Below, in pieces: positions 39,458 to 49,711 of a stretch of DNA of 64,000 bases (the first letter of the stretch is position 1; each line of letters begins with the position of its first letter). The notes beneath the pieces are model-generated. The model was not told where the DNA came from, did not search any database, and saw only the letters and a list, made by a program, of their open reading frames with translations. The DNA is taken from assembly GCA_963932905.1 (NCBI GenBank), contig CAWVRN010000001.1, positions 416,001 through 480,000 of the forward strand. The letters are read 5' to 3'. Position numbers and translations under genes: made by a program. This DNA is from an uncultured Bdellovibrio sp. (GTDB taxonomy: Bacteria; Bdellovibrionota; Bdellovibrionia; Bdellovibrionales; Bdellovibrionaceae).

Positions 39458-40246
39458 TTACGATCCTTTGTTTTCTGATAATTTAGATTTATACGATAGT
39501 ATCTGCGCAGCGATACTAATGGCAATTTCGGGCGGCGTGTTGTCACCGAAATCTAGCCCAATCGGGCAATGTAGTCGCTGAAGAGCCTCATCGGAAACCC
39601 CGAGCTTGCGCAGTTCACCTTTGATCTTTTCACCTTTAAGTTTTGAGCCTATAACGCCAAGAAATGAAAAACGTTGATGCTGCTTCAGGGCTTTCTCTAG
39701 AACGGGAACATCGGCTGCATGTCCTTGAGTCAGCGACATTAAATAAGTTCCGTCGGGTAATGCGTCTACATGATTTGCCAAATTGTCTGTTTGAATTTTT
39801 TTTATGTTGAATGAATCTGGCAATTTATCTACCCATTCTTTGCGGTTATCAAAAACTTGTAGCTGACATGACCACGTTTGCATGACTCGGCACAGTTCCT
39901 GCGAAACATGTCCTGCACCAAAGATCGCCACCGACCAATTACTAAAGAACTGCGTATCAAAAAATACGCTGACCTCACCACCGCAGGTCATTCCAATATC
40001 AGTCTGTAAATTATAAGTTCCCATTGAAGGAGCCGATTTCGCTTGCAGCATTTCAACAGCGCGTTTGATACAAAACCCTTCAATTTTGCCACCGCCTACG
40101 GTTCCAAATCGTAATCCCTCTTTGGTCACCAGCATCTTAGCACCGACTTCTTGAGGTGCACTACCTCGGACGTTTACCAGGGTTACGATCACGTGATCTG
40201 TATGACTGCGGGATACATCACTCAGATGTTCAAGCCAAACGGTCAC
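39458..40246 (-). CDS. xdhC: Xanthine dehydrogenase accessory protein
   Basis: GSAPQEVGAKM, GTVGGG, GMTCGG, FGAGHV, GVIGSK, CPIG, PPEIAISIAA. Confidence 0.93.
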   Translation of the reverse strand: MTVWLEHLSDVSRSHTDHVIVTLVNVRGSAPQEVGAKMLVTKEGLRFGTVGGGKIEGFCIKRAVEMLQAKSAPSMGTYNLQTDIGMTCGGEVSVFFDTQFFSNWSVAIFGAGHVSQELCRVMQTWSCQLQVFDNRKEWVDKLPDSFNIKKIQTDNLANHVDALPDGTYLMSLTQGHAADVPVLEKALKQHQRFSFLGVIGSKLKGEKIKGELRKLGVSDEALQRLHCPIGLDFGDNTPPEIAISIAAQILSYKSKLSENKGS

Positions 40247-42603
40247 GGCGTTAACTCTTTCATTTTCATATAAATCTGCTCTTGAGTGGCCGGGATTTTC
40301 AATTTCACAGGTTTATCTAGTTTGGCGACGGCATTTTTTGGTTTATAGTAACTGAGTGCATTTTTCACGGCCGACCAAACGGAAATCGCAAGTAAAAGTG
40401 GCGGCTCACCGACCGCTTTGCTGGCGCGAACGTTACGCACATTAATTTGATTATCAATGAGATGGCATTTAAATACGCGCGGGATATCTTGCACGCTGGG
40501 GATTTTATAAGTACTTGGTGTGTTCGACAGCAGTCGACCATTTTTATAGAATAAGTTTTCTGTAGTTACCCAGCCCATTCCTTGTACAAAGGCACCGGTT
40601 ACTTGCCCATGATCGATGGCCTCATTAATTGGACGTCCTAGATCCATCAGGATTTCCGAGCGTAACACTTTTAATTCACCTGTGTAACGATCGATTGAAA
40701 CTTCGCTGGCCGCTACGCCGTTAGTGAAATAGAAGAATGGGCTACCTTGACCAGTTTCCTTATTATAGAAAATTCCGGGGTATTTGAAATAACCCTGCTG
40801 AGTTAGCGATTGACGATTTAAGTAGGCTTCTAAAACGAGTTCACTAAACGCGATGGTTTCTTTCGGATTTGAATTATCGTACACTTGACCATTTTGAAAT
40901 TCGATCGTTTGCCAATGTTGAACGGCTTCGATTTGAATTTCTGGAGCGGTACCGGCGCCGGCGGTGGGTTTACCACGCCACGCTTTTGGGCGCGCTAGCA
41001 TGGCCTTGGCCACCTTGGCTAGTCGTTCGCGTATACCTTGTGCGGCCGTTAAAGCCGCTTGGCAGTTGATATCGCTACCACTAGAGGCTGCTGTTGCTGA
41101 CGTATTTGGAATTTTCTCGGTAGATGTCGTCATTACTTTTACATCTTCAATAGGAATAGAAAAACATTCCGCAACGACCTGTGCGATTTTGATATTCACA
41201 CCCTGGCCCATTTCGGTGGCGCCTGTAGACACCTGAACGGATCCGTCCATGTGCACATTCACAAGCGCACTACCTTGATTTAAAAAACGAGTTGTAAATG
41301 AAATGCCAAACTTTACTGCTGTTACGGACAAACCTCGATACGTCGAATGATGACTGGCATTGTGGTCGTCTATTTCTTTGCGCCACTGTTTGTATTGCGT
41401 TTGTTTTTCAATATCCGTAAATAGTTGCGGCAAAACACTATCTTCTATTTTTTGCCCATAAGGAGTCGTTTGGTCTTTTTGATATGTGTTTATTTTTCTG
41501 ATTTCTAAAGAGTCTTTTTTCAGAAAAACAGCGATGTCTTCAATAATGGATTCGATAGTGGCAACACCTTTGGGGCCGCCGAATCCACGAAATGCTGTAT
41601 TGGGAGCCGTGTGAGTTTTACAAACTTGTCCGGCCACTTTAAAATTAGGAATGAAGTAGGCGTTATCTAAATGAAGCATAGCGCGTTCCATAATGGCGGT
41701 CGATAGATCGGCGTAGGCGCCGCCGTCAGAAAATAACTCGGCTTTCAAAGCCGTGATTTTCCCTGAATTATCAAAACCCACTTCGTAGAAATTTTTAAAT
41801 GGATTGCGTTTGCCTGTCATGATCATGTCATCATCTTTAGTCAAAATGATGCGTGCCGGGCGTTTTAGTTTCTGTGCCACAAGTGCCGCAAATACGGCAA
41901 AAGGGGCCGCTTGAGATTCTTTGCCTCCAAATGCGCCGCCCATACGCTTAACAACACATACAACTTGGTGATGTCGTAAACCTAAAGCCTCGGCGACTAG
42001 ATGTTGAACTTCCGTAGGATGTTGAGACGAGGAATGAATTTCAATTTGATCGTCTTCTTTAGGGTAAGCAATGGATGCTTGAGATTCTAAATAGAAATGC
42101 TCTTGGCCCGCGATCTCGATGTCCCCTTTTAGTTTATTTGGCGCCGATTTCAATGCATCGTCGACATCACCTCGCTGAATTGTACGCAAAGGACCGATGA
42201 AAAATTTAGTATCGATCGCTTTTTGTAAATCAAGAGTGGGCTCTAGTTCTTCGATCTCTAGTTTGATTTTCGCTTTGGCCTCGTGAAAGATATCCCGTTT
42301 TGTTGAGGCTATTATGGCAATCGGTTCACCGACATACTGAACTTGGTCTTCCGCCAAGAAAACCTGATCGTGAAAAATTGAACCCCACAAATTGTGCTTT
42401 AAATCTTTGTGCGTATAAACACCCAATATTTCGGGCATGGCCAAGCACGCAGTGAAATCTAGTTTCTTAATTTTGCCATAAGCCACGGGACTATAAAACA
42501 CGTCCACGAATACTTCGCCATGAACCAAGGGGCGGTCATCTATGTATTCGGCTTTTCCGACTACGTAACTTCGTCCTGAATCGTGATAGGCGGATTTACT
42601 CAT
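40243..42603 (-). CDS. xdhB: Xanthine dehydrogenase molybdopterin-binding subunit
   Basis: QEHFYLE, RMGGAFGGKESQ, AFRGFGGP, KFGISFT, EMGQG, SATAASSG, SKAVGEPP. Confidence 0.95.
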   Translation of the reverse strand: MSKSAYHDSGRSYVVGKAEYIDDRPLVHGEVFVDVFYSPVAYGKIKKLDFTACLAMPEILGVYTHKDLKHNLWGSIFHDQVFLAEDQVQYVGEPIAIIASTKRDIFHEAKAKIKLEIEELEPTLDLQKAIDTKFFIGPLRTIQRGDVDDALKSAPNKLKGDIEIAGQEHFYLESQASIAYPKEDDQIEIHSSSQHPTEVQHLVAEALGLRHHQVVCVVKRMGGAFGGKESQAAPFAVFAALVAQKLKRPARIILTKDDDMIMTGKRNPFKNFYEVGFDNSGKITALKAELFSDGGAYADLSTAIMERAMLHLDNAYFIPNFKVAGQVCKTHTAPNTAFRGFGGPKGVATIESIIEDIAVFLKKDSLEIRKINTYQKDQTTPYGQKIEDSVLPQLFTDIEKQTQYKQWRKEIDDHNASHHSTYRGLSVTAVKFGISFTTRFLNQGSALVNVHMDGSVQVSTGATEMGQGVNIKIAQVVAECFSIPIEDVKVMTTSTEKIPNTSATAASSGSDINCQAALTAAQGIRERLAKVAKAMLARPKAWRGKPTAGAGTAPEIQIEAVQHWQTIEFQNGQVYDNSNPKETIAFSELVLEAYLNRQSLTQQGYFKYPGIFYNKETGQGSPFFYFTNGVAASEVSIDRYTGELKVLRSEILMDLGRPINEAIDHGQVTGAFVQGMGWVTTENLFYKNGRLLSNTPSTYKIPSVQDIPRVFKCHLIDNQINVRNVRASKAVGEPPLLLAISVWSAVKNALSYYKPKNAVAKLDKPVKLKIPATQEQIYMKMKELTP

Positions 42604-44024
42604 TAGAAATTCTCCTGCACAAATCGATCGAATAAATCTAGGCAGATTTTCGAACGAAATTCAGATGATCCACGCAAATCGGAAATCGGGGTGATGCTGG
42701 CGGCAATCATTTGCTTTGCTTGATCAGCCAAAGCCGACGTCATTTCTTGTCCTTCCAGAACTTTTTCCACATCAAACAGACGTAGGGCCTTAGGACCAAC
42801 GCCACCATAAGCAATTTTGGCTTTTTCGATTTTTTTGTTCTGAGTTTGGAAAACAAAACTTGAATTGACACATGAAATGTCTAAATCACGTCGCTGCGAG
42901 ACTTTGAATAGCCCTATCTTACTTGATTGAGAGTTTGGAATTTTAAAACGAATACTTGTGATAAACTCATCATCTTTTAAATCAAAACTTTTGTAGCCTT
43001 TGATAAAATCAGTGAGTGGCACACTACGCAGACCTTTTGGGCTGAACAGTTCTACGACGGCATCTGCTGTTAACAAATAGGGTGTGGTATCTGCAATGGG
43101 TGACCCATTGGCTAAGTTACCCACAAGGGTGGCCGCATTTTTAATTTGAGGTGATGCGAAGATATTTAAAAACTCAGCAAACTTAGGGCTGCGACCTTCT
43201 AGAAACTTTTGAAGTGTTGTCAAATTTACCCGCGCGCCAACGATCACTTGATCAGCGTCTTGTTTCAGCGCGTACATTTCAGGAATTAAATGCAGACTCA
43301 TTAAATTAATGCCGGGATTTTTACCCTTGTTAATTTGAACACCGATATCGGTCGCGCCAGAAAAGATACGAACTTTAGGATGTAATTTTTTGTATTCAGC
43401 CGCTTGAGTTAATGTAGTGGGCGCAAAAAATTCTTTCTCACCCACAGTAATTTTAATCGGTATTGTTTGGTTGGCCTCTAAATCTTTGGTCAGTTTTTCA
43501 TAGTTATAACATGACTTTAATGGCGCGACTTTTTTGGTGTCTACGGCCATAGCCGCATTGATGATAGGCTGGTATCCAGTGCAACGGCAAAGATTGCCCG
43601 TTACATAGTTTTTAACTTTCTGTTCGGAAATGTTTTTCGTGTTTTCAAACATGCTCGATAAGGCCATGACGAAACCCGGTGTGCAGAATCCACACTGGCC
43701 GCCAAAATTTTTAACCATCGCATCTTGAACTTCGGACAATTGATTATTTTTTTCTAAACCTTCGACGCTAATTATATGCGACATATCCATTAAGAACGAT
43801 GTGCTGATACACGAATTGATGGACATAAATTTATCGGCGTCAGTAGAATGACGTCGATACAGGATTGTGCAGGCACCACAGTCACCTTCGGCGCATACCA
43901 CTTTGGTACCTGTTAGACCGACTTCGTATCGCAATAAGCTACTAAACGGCATAAACGCGCGTTCGCTGCTGATTTTGTGTACGGTTCCGTTAATCGTTAG
44001 TACAATATAGTCTCTGACTTGCAT
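42603..44024 (-). CDS. xdhA: Xanthine dehydrogenase small subunit ([2Fe-2S] and FAD domains)
   Basis: GTKVVCAEGDCGAC, QCGFCTPG, GNLCRCTGY, FASPQIKNAATLVGN. Confidence 0.95.
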   Translation of the reverse strand: MQVRDYIVLTINGTVHKISSERAFMPFSSLLRYEVGLTGTKVVCAEGDCGACTILYRRHSTDADKFMSINSCISTSFLMDMSHIISVEGLEKNNQLSEVQDAMVKNFGGQCGFCTPGFVMALSSMFENTKNISEQKVKNYVTGNLCRCTGYQPIINAAMAVDTKKVAPLKSCYNYEKLTKDLEANQTIPIKITVGEKEFFAPTTLTQAAEYKKLHPKVRIFSGATDIGVQINKGKNPGINLMSLHLIPEMYALKQDADQVIVGARVNLTTLQKFLEGRSPKFAEFLNIFASPQIKNAATLVGNLANGSPIADTTPYLLTADAVVELFSPKGLRSVPLTDFIKGYKSFDLKDDEFITSIRFKIPNSQSSKIGLFKVSQRRDLDISCVNSSFVFQTQNKKIEKAKIAYGGVGPKALRLFDVEKVLEGQEMTSALADQAKQMIAASITPISDLRGSSEFRSKICLDLFDRFVQENF

Positions 44025-44056
44025 AAAATCCTTTTGTGGATAATTTCAGAAGAGAT

Positions 44057-44557
44057 TTAGTAACTGATCTTATCGACTTTAGATGACCAAATTTGAAATA
44101 CTTTAAGTGCCTCGTCGCGCAACATAGCTTCCATTGGTATTTTTCGTTTTTCAAGTGGCTTAGGAATTTCTTGATAAATAAAATCATCATCGAACTGAAT
44201 TCCAGCCGCATCTGTTTTTGTATTAGCGAAATAAATTTTGTTGATTCGTGCCCAGTAGATAGCGGAAAGACACATGGGACATGGCTCGCAACTGGTGTAA
44301 ATTTCGCACTCTTCTAGACTGAACGTATTTAATTTTTGGCAGGCTTGACGAATAGCTTCAACTTCCGCATGAGCTGTCGGGTCATTGTTTGTAGTTACTT
44401 TGTTCCAGCCTTCACCGACGATGACGTTATCTTTGACGATCACAGCACCAAATGGTCCCCCATTTAATGAAAGGACGTTGTTTTTCGACAACTCGATCGC
44501 ACGTCTCATAAAGTTTAAGCGTAATTCATTTTTTTGTTTCATTTTAGTAGAGTTCAT
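44057..44557 (-). CDS. guaD: Guanine deaminase (cytidine-deaminase fold, B. subtilis GuaD type)
   Basis: GGPFGAVIV, DPTAHAEV, SCEPCPMC, FDDDFIY; immediately upstream of xdhA. Confidence 0.9.
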   Translation of the reverse strand: MNSTKMKQKNELRLNFMRRAIELSKNNVLSLNGGPFGAVIVKDNVIVGEGWNKVTTNNDPTAHAEVEAIRQACQKLNTFSLEECEIYTSCEPCPMCLSAIYWARINKIYFANTKTDAAGIQFDDDFIYQEIPKPLEKRKIPMEAMLRDEALKVFQIWSSKVDKISY

Positions 44558-44644
44558 AATCTACTGATTTGCTCATCACATCGCTTTTTTTTCAAGAGAA
44601 ATCGCGTTAAAACTCAAGCTGTTTCGTAAGCGGTCCTTGATCCG

Positions 44645-45253
44645 TTAAGGTTGGCCATTCCTGTATATGATTTGCAGCAAATTTTCATCTTTCTGCATAT
44701 ATTTATAGCCGTAAGAAGCAAGGTAGTTGCTGGCTTCCGCCTGCTCGGGGCTTAAATAAATTGCAAATCGTGATAGCTCGGGGAATGAAAACGGCTTTTT
44801 GGACCAACGGTGGCCGGTGGCGGATGGCCCCGCTTTGGATAAAAATAGAATTTCGGTTTTTAATCTGTCAATAGGGCAGGTATTTTCGCCAGATTTTGCA
44901 GTTTTTGCGTACGTCGATTTTTGAATCGCCTTTAATTTTTTCAATAGAAATTTTTGTTCATCTAACGGTAGATTGACGGTCGCGGGTTTGCCGTGATCGG
45001 GAGCAAAAACCGCGGTTTCGTCAGCTATACAATAACCAGCAATCCAAACCCATGATCCTGAGGCTAAACCGATAGATTTAGATTCCACTAATTTAGGATA
45101 ACCTTTATGGAAGTGAAATTCTTTTTCCAGCGGTGCCAAATCCAATTTAGCTTTCTTCTTATTTTTGTGGCTGGAAAGAACGATAACTTGTTGAGCAGGA
45201 TCTGCCAGTGCAATCAAACCTAAAAGAAAAAAACTAAGAACCAATTTTAACAT
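44645..45253 (-). CDS. Secreted hypothetical protein
   Basis: 202-aa ORF with a signal peptide, 8 nt downstream of the aminopeptidase gene. Confidence 0.65.
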   Translation of the reverse strand: MLKLVLSFFLLGLIALADPAQQVIVLSSHKNKKKAKLDLAPLEKEFHFHKGYPKLVESKSIGLASGSWVWIAGYCIADETAVFAPDHGKPATVNLPLDEQKFLLKKLKAIQKSTYAKTAKSGENTCPIDRLKTEILFLSKAGPSATGHRWSKKPFSFPELSRFAIYLSPEQAEASNYLASYGYKYMQKDENLLQIIYRNGQP

Positions 45254-45261
45254 TTCGTTTC

Positions 45262-46557
45262 CTATTTTTTTACAACGGCCGTCAAGTTTGACGCCGTACC
45301 TTGGGTGATCAAGATGTCATCTTCGATTCTTACGCCGCCCACGTTAAGCCATTTTTCAGCTTCGTTAAAGTTAATAAAGTCTTTAAATTTCTCGCGATTT
45401 GTCGCATCGTTAAGTAGAGTTTTAATAAAATAACAACCAGGTTCAACCGTGATGAGCATGTTTTCTTTTAGTGGGAAGTCTACGCGAATACGGGCTCCGC
45501 AGTAAAACTTTGGATTTACGTTTTCTTCATGCCCAGTATCGCGGACACGTAGACCCACCAAGTGTCCTACACCATGAGGATAAAATACGGCGATGGCTCC
45601 GGTATCTAAAATTGAATCCACAGAGCCTTTCATGACGTTCATTGAAACTAAACCTTCAGCAATTACTTTTGCGGTGATGCGATGAACTTGATTCCACTCC
45701 ATACCAATTTTGCAATTTTCAATTGCTTGAGTTTGTGCTTTCAAAACTAAATCATATAAAGATTGCTGTTGTGAAGAGAATTTCCCTGAAGCGGCAAACA
45801 CTCGAGTGATATCTACGCAATAGTCGTTGATCTGAGCACCGGCATCGATCAGAACCAATTCACCCTCTTGAACTTTTTTTACGGTCGGGATCGCATGTAG
45901 GACAGCCGCATTCGAGCCTGAACCTACGATGGTGTCGTACGGCATCCCGTGTGAACCATAACGTTGAATTTCGGCTTCGTATTCAATTTGAATTTCACGT
46001 TCGGTAACACCGGGTTTAATAAATGACTTAATTTTCTCATAACCCTTATTCGCAATATCGGCTAAGTCGCGTACGAGTTTAACTTCATCAGCGTCTTTAA
46101 TACGTCGGCATTGATCGAATTTTTCTTTCAATGAAATTTTTAGCGACGTATTTGGTGTTAGCGAAATTTCAAACCACGCTGGAATTTGTCCCAGACCAAT
46201 GATGTTTTTGAATTTATGCTGCTTTAAAAATGCGGGCAGAGTGCTGGCGTCTGAACCTTTAAATGTAAATGGTTGCATGCCTTCCCAGACGCTCTCATCG
46301 CGGGTTACAGGCTGGACAAAATCTTTCCAACCTAATTCCGGCGAGTAGAACACAACTCCATGACTACGGCGATAACCGGAAAGCCAATAATAAGAAGGGT
46401 GTGGAAGGAATGGGTACGTTTGATCTAAACCCCCGGGTTTCGTGTGAGGTTCACCGCAAAAGACCAGTACGCAATCTTCCGGAGTGAGCAGGCGTTTCCA
46501 TTCTGGTTCTAGGCGTTCACGTCTGTGGGCAATTGTCTTTTCGCTAAAAATCATCAT
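45262..46557 (-). CDS. Aminopeptidase P / M24B family peptidase
   Basis: LIDAG...DITR, HGVGH, TVEPG, GGVRIEDD metal ligands; N-terminal AMP_N-like domain. Confidence 0.9.
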   Translation of the reverse strand: MMIFSEKTIAHRRERLEPEWKRLLTPEDCVLVFCGEPHTKPGGLDQTYPFLPHPSYYWLSGYRRSHGVVFYSPELGWKDFVQPVTRDESVWEGMQPFTFKGSDASTLPAFLKQHKFKNIIGLGQIPAWFEISLTPNTSLKISLKEKFDQCRRIKDADEVKLVRDLADIANKGYEKIKSFIKPGVTEREIQIEYEAEIQRYGSHGMPYDTIVGSGSNAAVLHAIPTVKKVQEGELVLIDAGAQINDYCVDITRVFAASGKFSSQQQSLYDLVLKAQTQAIENCKIGMEWNQVHRITAKVIAEGLVSMNVMKGSVDSILDTGAIAVFYPHGVGHLVGLRVRDTGHEENVNPKFYCGARIRVDFPLKENMLITVEPGCYFIKTLLNDATNREKFKDFINFNEAEKWLNVGGVRIEDDILITQGTASNLTAVVKK

Positions 46558-46640
46558 ATATTGATTCTTTCCTAAACCGGTGTCGAAATCTAGATCTTAG
46601 TAGAGTATCCTTTTTATTCGGCATCGTCTAGAATGTTATT

Positions 46641-47261
46641 ATGATTCATGCCATATTTGTTTTAATTTTTGCATTTGCGATTGGTCAGTTAATCATTGTG
46701 AAGACGAACGATAAGTTTTCAACACGTCGGGATCCGGCGGCGATTAGACAGACTTACGATTTCACTAACTTAAAGGGAAATGCTTTAGATATAGCCTTGA
46801 AACAAAAAATGCTGGGCGACCTGGAAGTGGTTAAGACCGCTGATAATTTTGGGATCTCTTTTGGTCATTTTGCGTTTTCAACTTCAGACGGGCAAAAATT
46901 TTTGGGTTGTGAGTATTACGAAAAAGTAGTGGCTGTCTTTGAAGCGGAAGGGTCAGCAGTCAGCGGTCGAAAGTCCACGATGGAGATCTCGGGCCCTTGC
47001 AAATACTCTGAAAATTTGACGAAAATTCAAGCTGCCCTTATCCCTATCAAAAAAATTATGGGTGATACGCCTCAGGATGGCGAGATGACTTTTCAAGGGG
47101 ACATTCCAGTTAACGTTAAATTTCAAAATTTAACGGATTCATGGCCGACGCAGTGGAATTTAGTGAATGTTCGAATGGAATCACCTCAATACGTTTTTAT
47201 TATCGATCGTAACGAGATTTCCAAAATTATGGGACAGCCCTTGCTGATTTCTGTTCAATAA
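46641..47261 (+). CDS. Membrane-anchored or exported hypothetical protein
   Basis: 206-aa ORF with an N-terminal hydrophobic helix and a Cys pair. Confidence 0.7.
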   Translation: MIHAIFVLIFAFAIGQLIIVKTNDKFSTRRDPAAIRQTYDFTNLKGNALDIALKQKMLGDLEVVKTADNFGISFGHFAFSTSDGQKFLGCEYYEKVVAVFEAEGSAVSGRKSTMEISGPCKYSENLTKIQAALIPIKKIMGDTPQDGEMTFQGDIPVNVKFQNLTDSWPTQWNLVNVRMESPQYVFIIDRNEISKIMGQPLLISVQ

Positions 47262-47275
47262 GATAATAATTTCAC

Positions 47276-48268
47276 ATGATTTTTCCTACGGTAACGCCAC
47301 CTTACTGGGCGCCTGAAGGCCATTCGCAAACATTAGTGGCTCATTTAGCTGCGCCATTAATTGGGCCTAAAATTTCTTTTCATGACGAAAATAAAAAACT
47401 GATTTCCTGTTTAGAAGACGATGATAAATTGCTTATCAAATATCATCTGCGTGATCAAAAAAAATGGGTTTTGCTAGCTCATGGTTTGGCTGGGGATAGT
47501 GAATCGCAATACATCAAGCGAATGACTCGTTTAGCATTAGAGAAAAATATTTCGGTTTTACGTTTTAATCATCGTAACTGTGGTGAATCTGTGGGGTATG
47601 CTAACAAGACTTACCATGCTGGTCGTGGTGAAGATATTTACGCGGCCGCAAACTGGGTTCGTTCCAATTATCCTGGTAGTGAAATCATTGTTGTCGGTTT
47701 TTCATTAAGTGGAAATACAGTGCTCGACATGGCGATTCGTTTTGAAGATAAGATTGATATCAAGTGTACCATCGCCGTCAATGCACCGATTGATTTGACT
47801 CAAGCATCAATTAATATCGCACAAAAAGAAAACTTAGCTTACAATAAATACTTTGCTCGACTTTTGCATCTTTCCAACATGAATTTGGCGAAAAAACAAA
47901 AAGGTGGCTTGGGCGAGGTGATTCGAAATACGAAGGTTCCGCGATTTGCGGTTCTTGGTGATTTCGATCAGTTGTTTGTGGCGCCATTAAACGGTTTCAA
48001 GGATGCGTGGGATTACTACAAGCAATGTTCTACAATCGATCGCTTAGATGCGATCAAATCACCCGTAACCATACTGATGGCAAAGGATGATCCGATAGTT
48101 CCATTTCGAATGTATGAAGGTAAAAAATTTAATTCTAATTTTCAAGTTAGGATTGAAAAGACGGGTGGGCATTTGGGCTATCTCTCCCAATCGAAAACAC
48201 CACTCGGCGATAATCGCTGGATGGATTGGTACCTGATTGAACAAATCGTCGAGACGTTTAAAAAATAA
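47276..48268 (+). CDS. YheT-like alpha/beta hydrolase
   Basis: GHSQT, HGLAG, GFSLSG nucleophile elbow, AKDDP, GGHLG. Confidence 0.88.
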   Translation: MIFPTVTPPYWAPEGHSQTLVAHLAAPLIGPKISFHDENKKLISCLEDDDKLLIKYHLRDQKKWVLLAHGLAGDSESQYIKRMTRLALEKNISVLRFNHRNCGESVGYANKTYHAGRGEDIYAAANWVRSNYPGSEIIVVGFSLSGNTVLDMAIRFEDKIDIKCTIAVNAPIDLTQASINIAQKENLAYNKYFARLLHLSNMNLAKKQKGGLGEVIRNTKVPRFAVLGDFDQLFVAPLNGFKDAWDYYKQCSTIDRLDAIKSPVTILMAKDDPIVPFRMYEGKKFNSNFQVRIEKTGGHLGYLSQSKTPLGDNRWMDWYLIEQIVETFKK

Positions 48269-49055
48269 CACCATCTGGTTTTAATTCATCTGCTAACTTC
48301 ATTTCGGCTTCAGATTGAATCGGCCCAAGAAATACTAATTTCTTACGACGTCTCATTTCCGTAATCATCGATTCATCAACCAATGGTCGATTCAAATACG
48401 ATATAGGAGCGATAAAAACATCACCGCGAATAGAAATAGCCGCCTCCAAACCCAATGTAGCAAAGGATTTCAGGCGAGTGACTTCGGGAATTGACGTTCC
48501 GTATACCCACATCGGTTTTAATTCCTTGATGGCTTTGATGACAATGTCGACGGGTGAATTAATGAGAATGCGGTCTTCCAATTTATTTTTTTCAACAAAA
48601 CTAATGACGTCTTTATGAATGTCAGTCTCGTTCGACAAAATATTTAAAATATAGTGGTCAGTGGTGATGACTTGAAGGGCCTTTTCTAATGGCGTTATGT
48701 TTTCATAAAATTCATTTAGTTCTGCCAGTTTGTAACCGTGAACAAATTTGCCTTTGAATTTCTTTTTGTCGCGCGCCCAAGTCATGAATGCGTCCACATT
48801 AAAATTGTAATCTGAAATCAACACGCGATCGGCGGTCATATAAACATTGATCCATGTCAGGGTCGGTTTGCTGTCAGGTCGCACATGATCTTTAGAGAAA
48901 ACACCCACAGTGATGGGGCGGTTGGTGGTCATGGCACTTGACAGGAAAGGATGCTCAAATGGTTTATAAGGCAACGAAAGGCCCCACATGCGAACGATCA
49001 AGCCAATTAAAAGCGCTATTACTACTGTACCTAAACTAATCAAAAATAACCGCAT
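48258..49055 (-). CDS. Membrane-anchored GDPD/PLC-like TIM-barrel protein, apparently degenerate
   Basis: N-terminal TM, 'VYMTADRVLI' and C-terminal 'PDGVIF' resemble the GDPD fold; the canonical HRG motif is not seen. Confidence 0.5.
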   Translation of the reverse strand: MRLFLISLGTVVIALLIGLIVRMWGLSLPYKPFEHPFLSSAMTTNRPITVGVFSKDHVRPDSKPTLTWINVYMTADRVLISDYNFNVDAFMTWARDKKKFKGKFVHGYKLAELNEFYENITPLEKALQVITTDHYILNILSNETDIHKDVISFVEKNKLEDRILINSPVDIVIKAIKELKPMWVYGTSIPEVTRLKSFATLGLEAAISIRGDVFIAPISYLNRPLVDESMITEMRRRKKLVFLGPIQSEAEMKLADELKPDGVIF

Positions 49056-49252
49056 TTAGAATCCATATCCATAAGTTATTGAGTTTACTTGTTTTTATTT
49101 AAACAATATCAACCATTGTAGAAAATCAATGTACGTTAAAAAAAGACGTATTTAAGTTGAAAAACTTTAACTTTTCATTTAGTTTTCAGCTGCATACGCA
49201 CTTTTATGAGTAGCTCTAACGAACAATAGCATTTTTAGCAAAGGATAATTGC

Positions 49253-49711
49253 TTGATCCGATTGAGTCGAAAAATGGAATACGCTTTGGTGGCCCTGAAG
49301 TACATGGCTGGGAAAATTCCCGGCGAATTAACTTCAGCTAAAGAGATTTCCGATAAATTTCGTACACCGTTTGATGTCACGGCTCGCGTGATGCAATCGT
49401 TGTCGCAAAAGGGTTTGTTAAAATCCGAGTACGGTCCATTGGGTGGCTACTCGATCGCTAAAGATTTAAACCGTGTTTCTTTCAATGATTTGCTAGAAAT
49501 GATTGAAGGCCCAACACAAATCGTAAAATGCCTGCAAAAAGAAGAAGCCTGTGATGTGCAAGCTCATTGCAATATCGTATCGCCGGTCCAAGCGTTGAAC
49601 CAAAAATTAATACAATTTTATTCCAGTCTAAAATTAAAAGACATCGTTGTGGGTCAAATTCCAGCAGCGAAATCAGTAGAAATGATGAATGAGGGTATAA
49701 GTGGAAAATAA
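49253..49711 (+). CDS. Rrf2-family Fe-S regulator (IscR/SufR-like)
   Basis: EYALVAL, winged HTH, GPLGGY, three Cys (C-x6-C-x5-C); heads the suf operon. Confidence 0.9.
   Translation: MIRLSRKMEYALVALKYMAGKIPGELTSAKEISDKFRTPFDVTARVMQSLSQKGLLKSEYGPLGGYSIAKDLNRVSFNDLLEMIEGPTQIVKCLQKEEACDVQAHCNIVSPVQALNQKLIQFYSSLKLKDIVVGQIPAAKSVEMMNEGISGK

Noticed and set aside
39457..39546. N-terminal extension of uraH
   Set aside because: Overlaps xdhC; the family N-terminus (ISTHILD) and an RBS support ATG 39456.
44558..44644. Purine or xanthine riboswitch upstream of guaD
   Set aside because: The 87-nt gap shows no recognisable aptamer consensus by eye; an Rfam scan would settle it.
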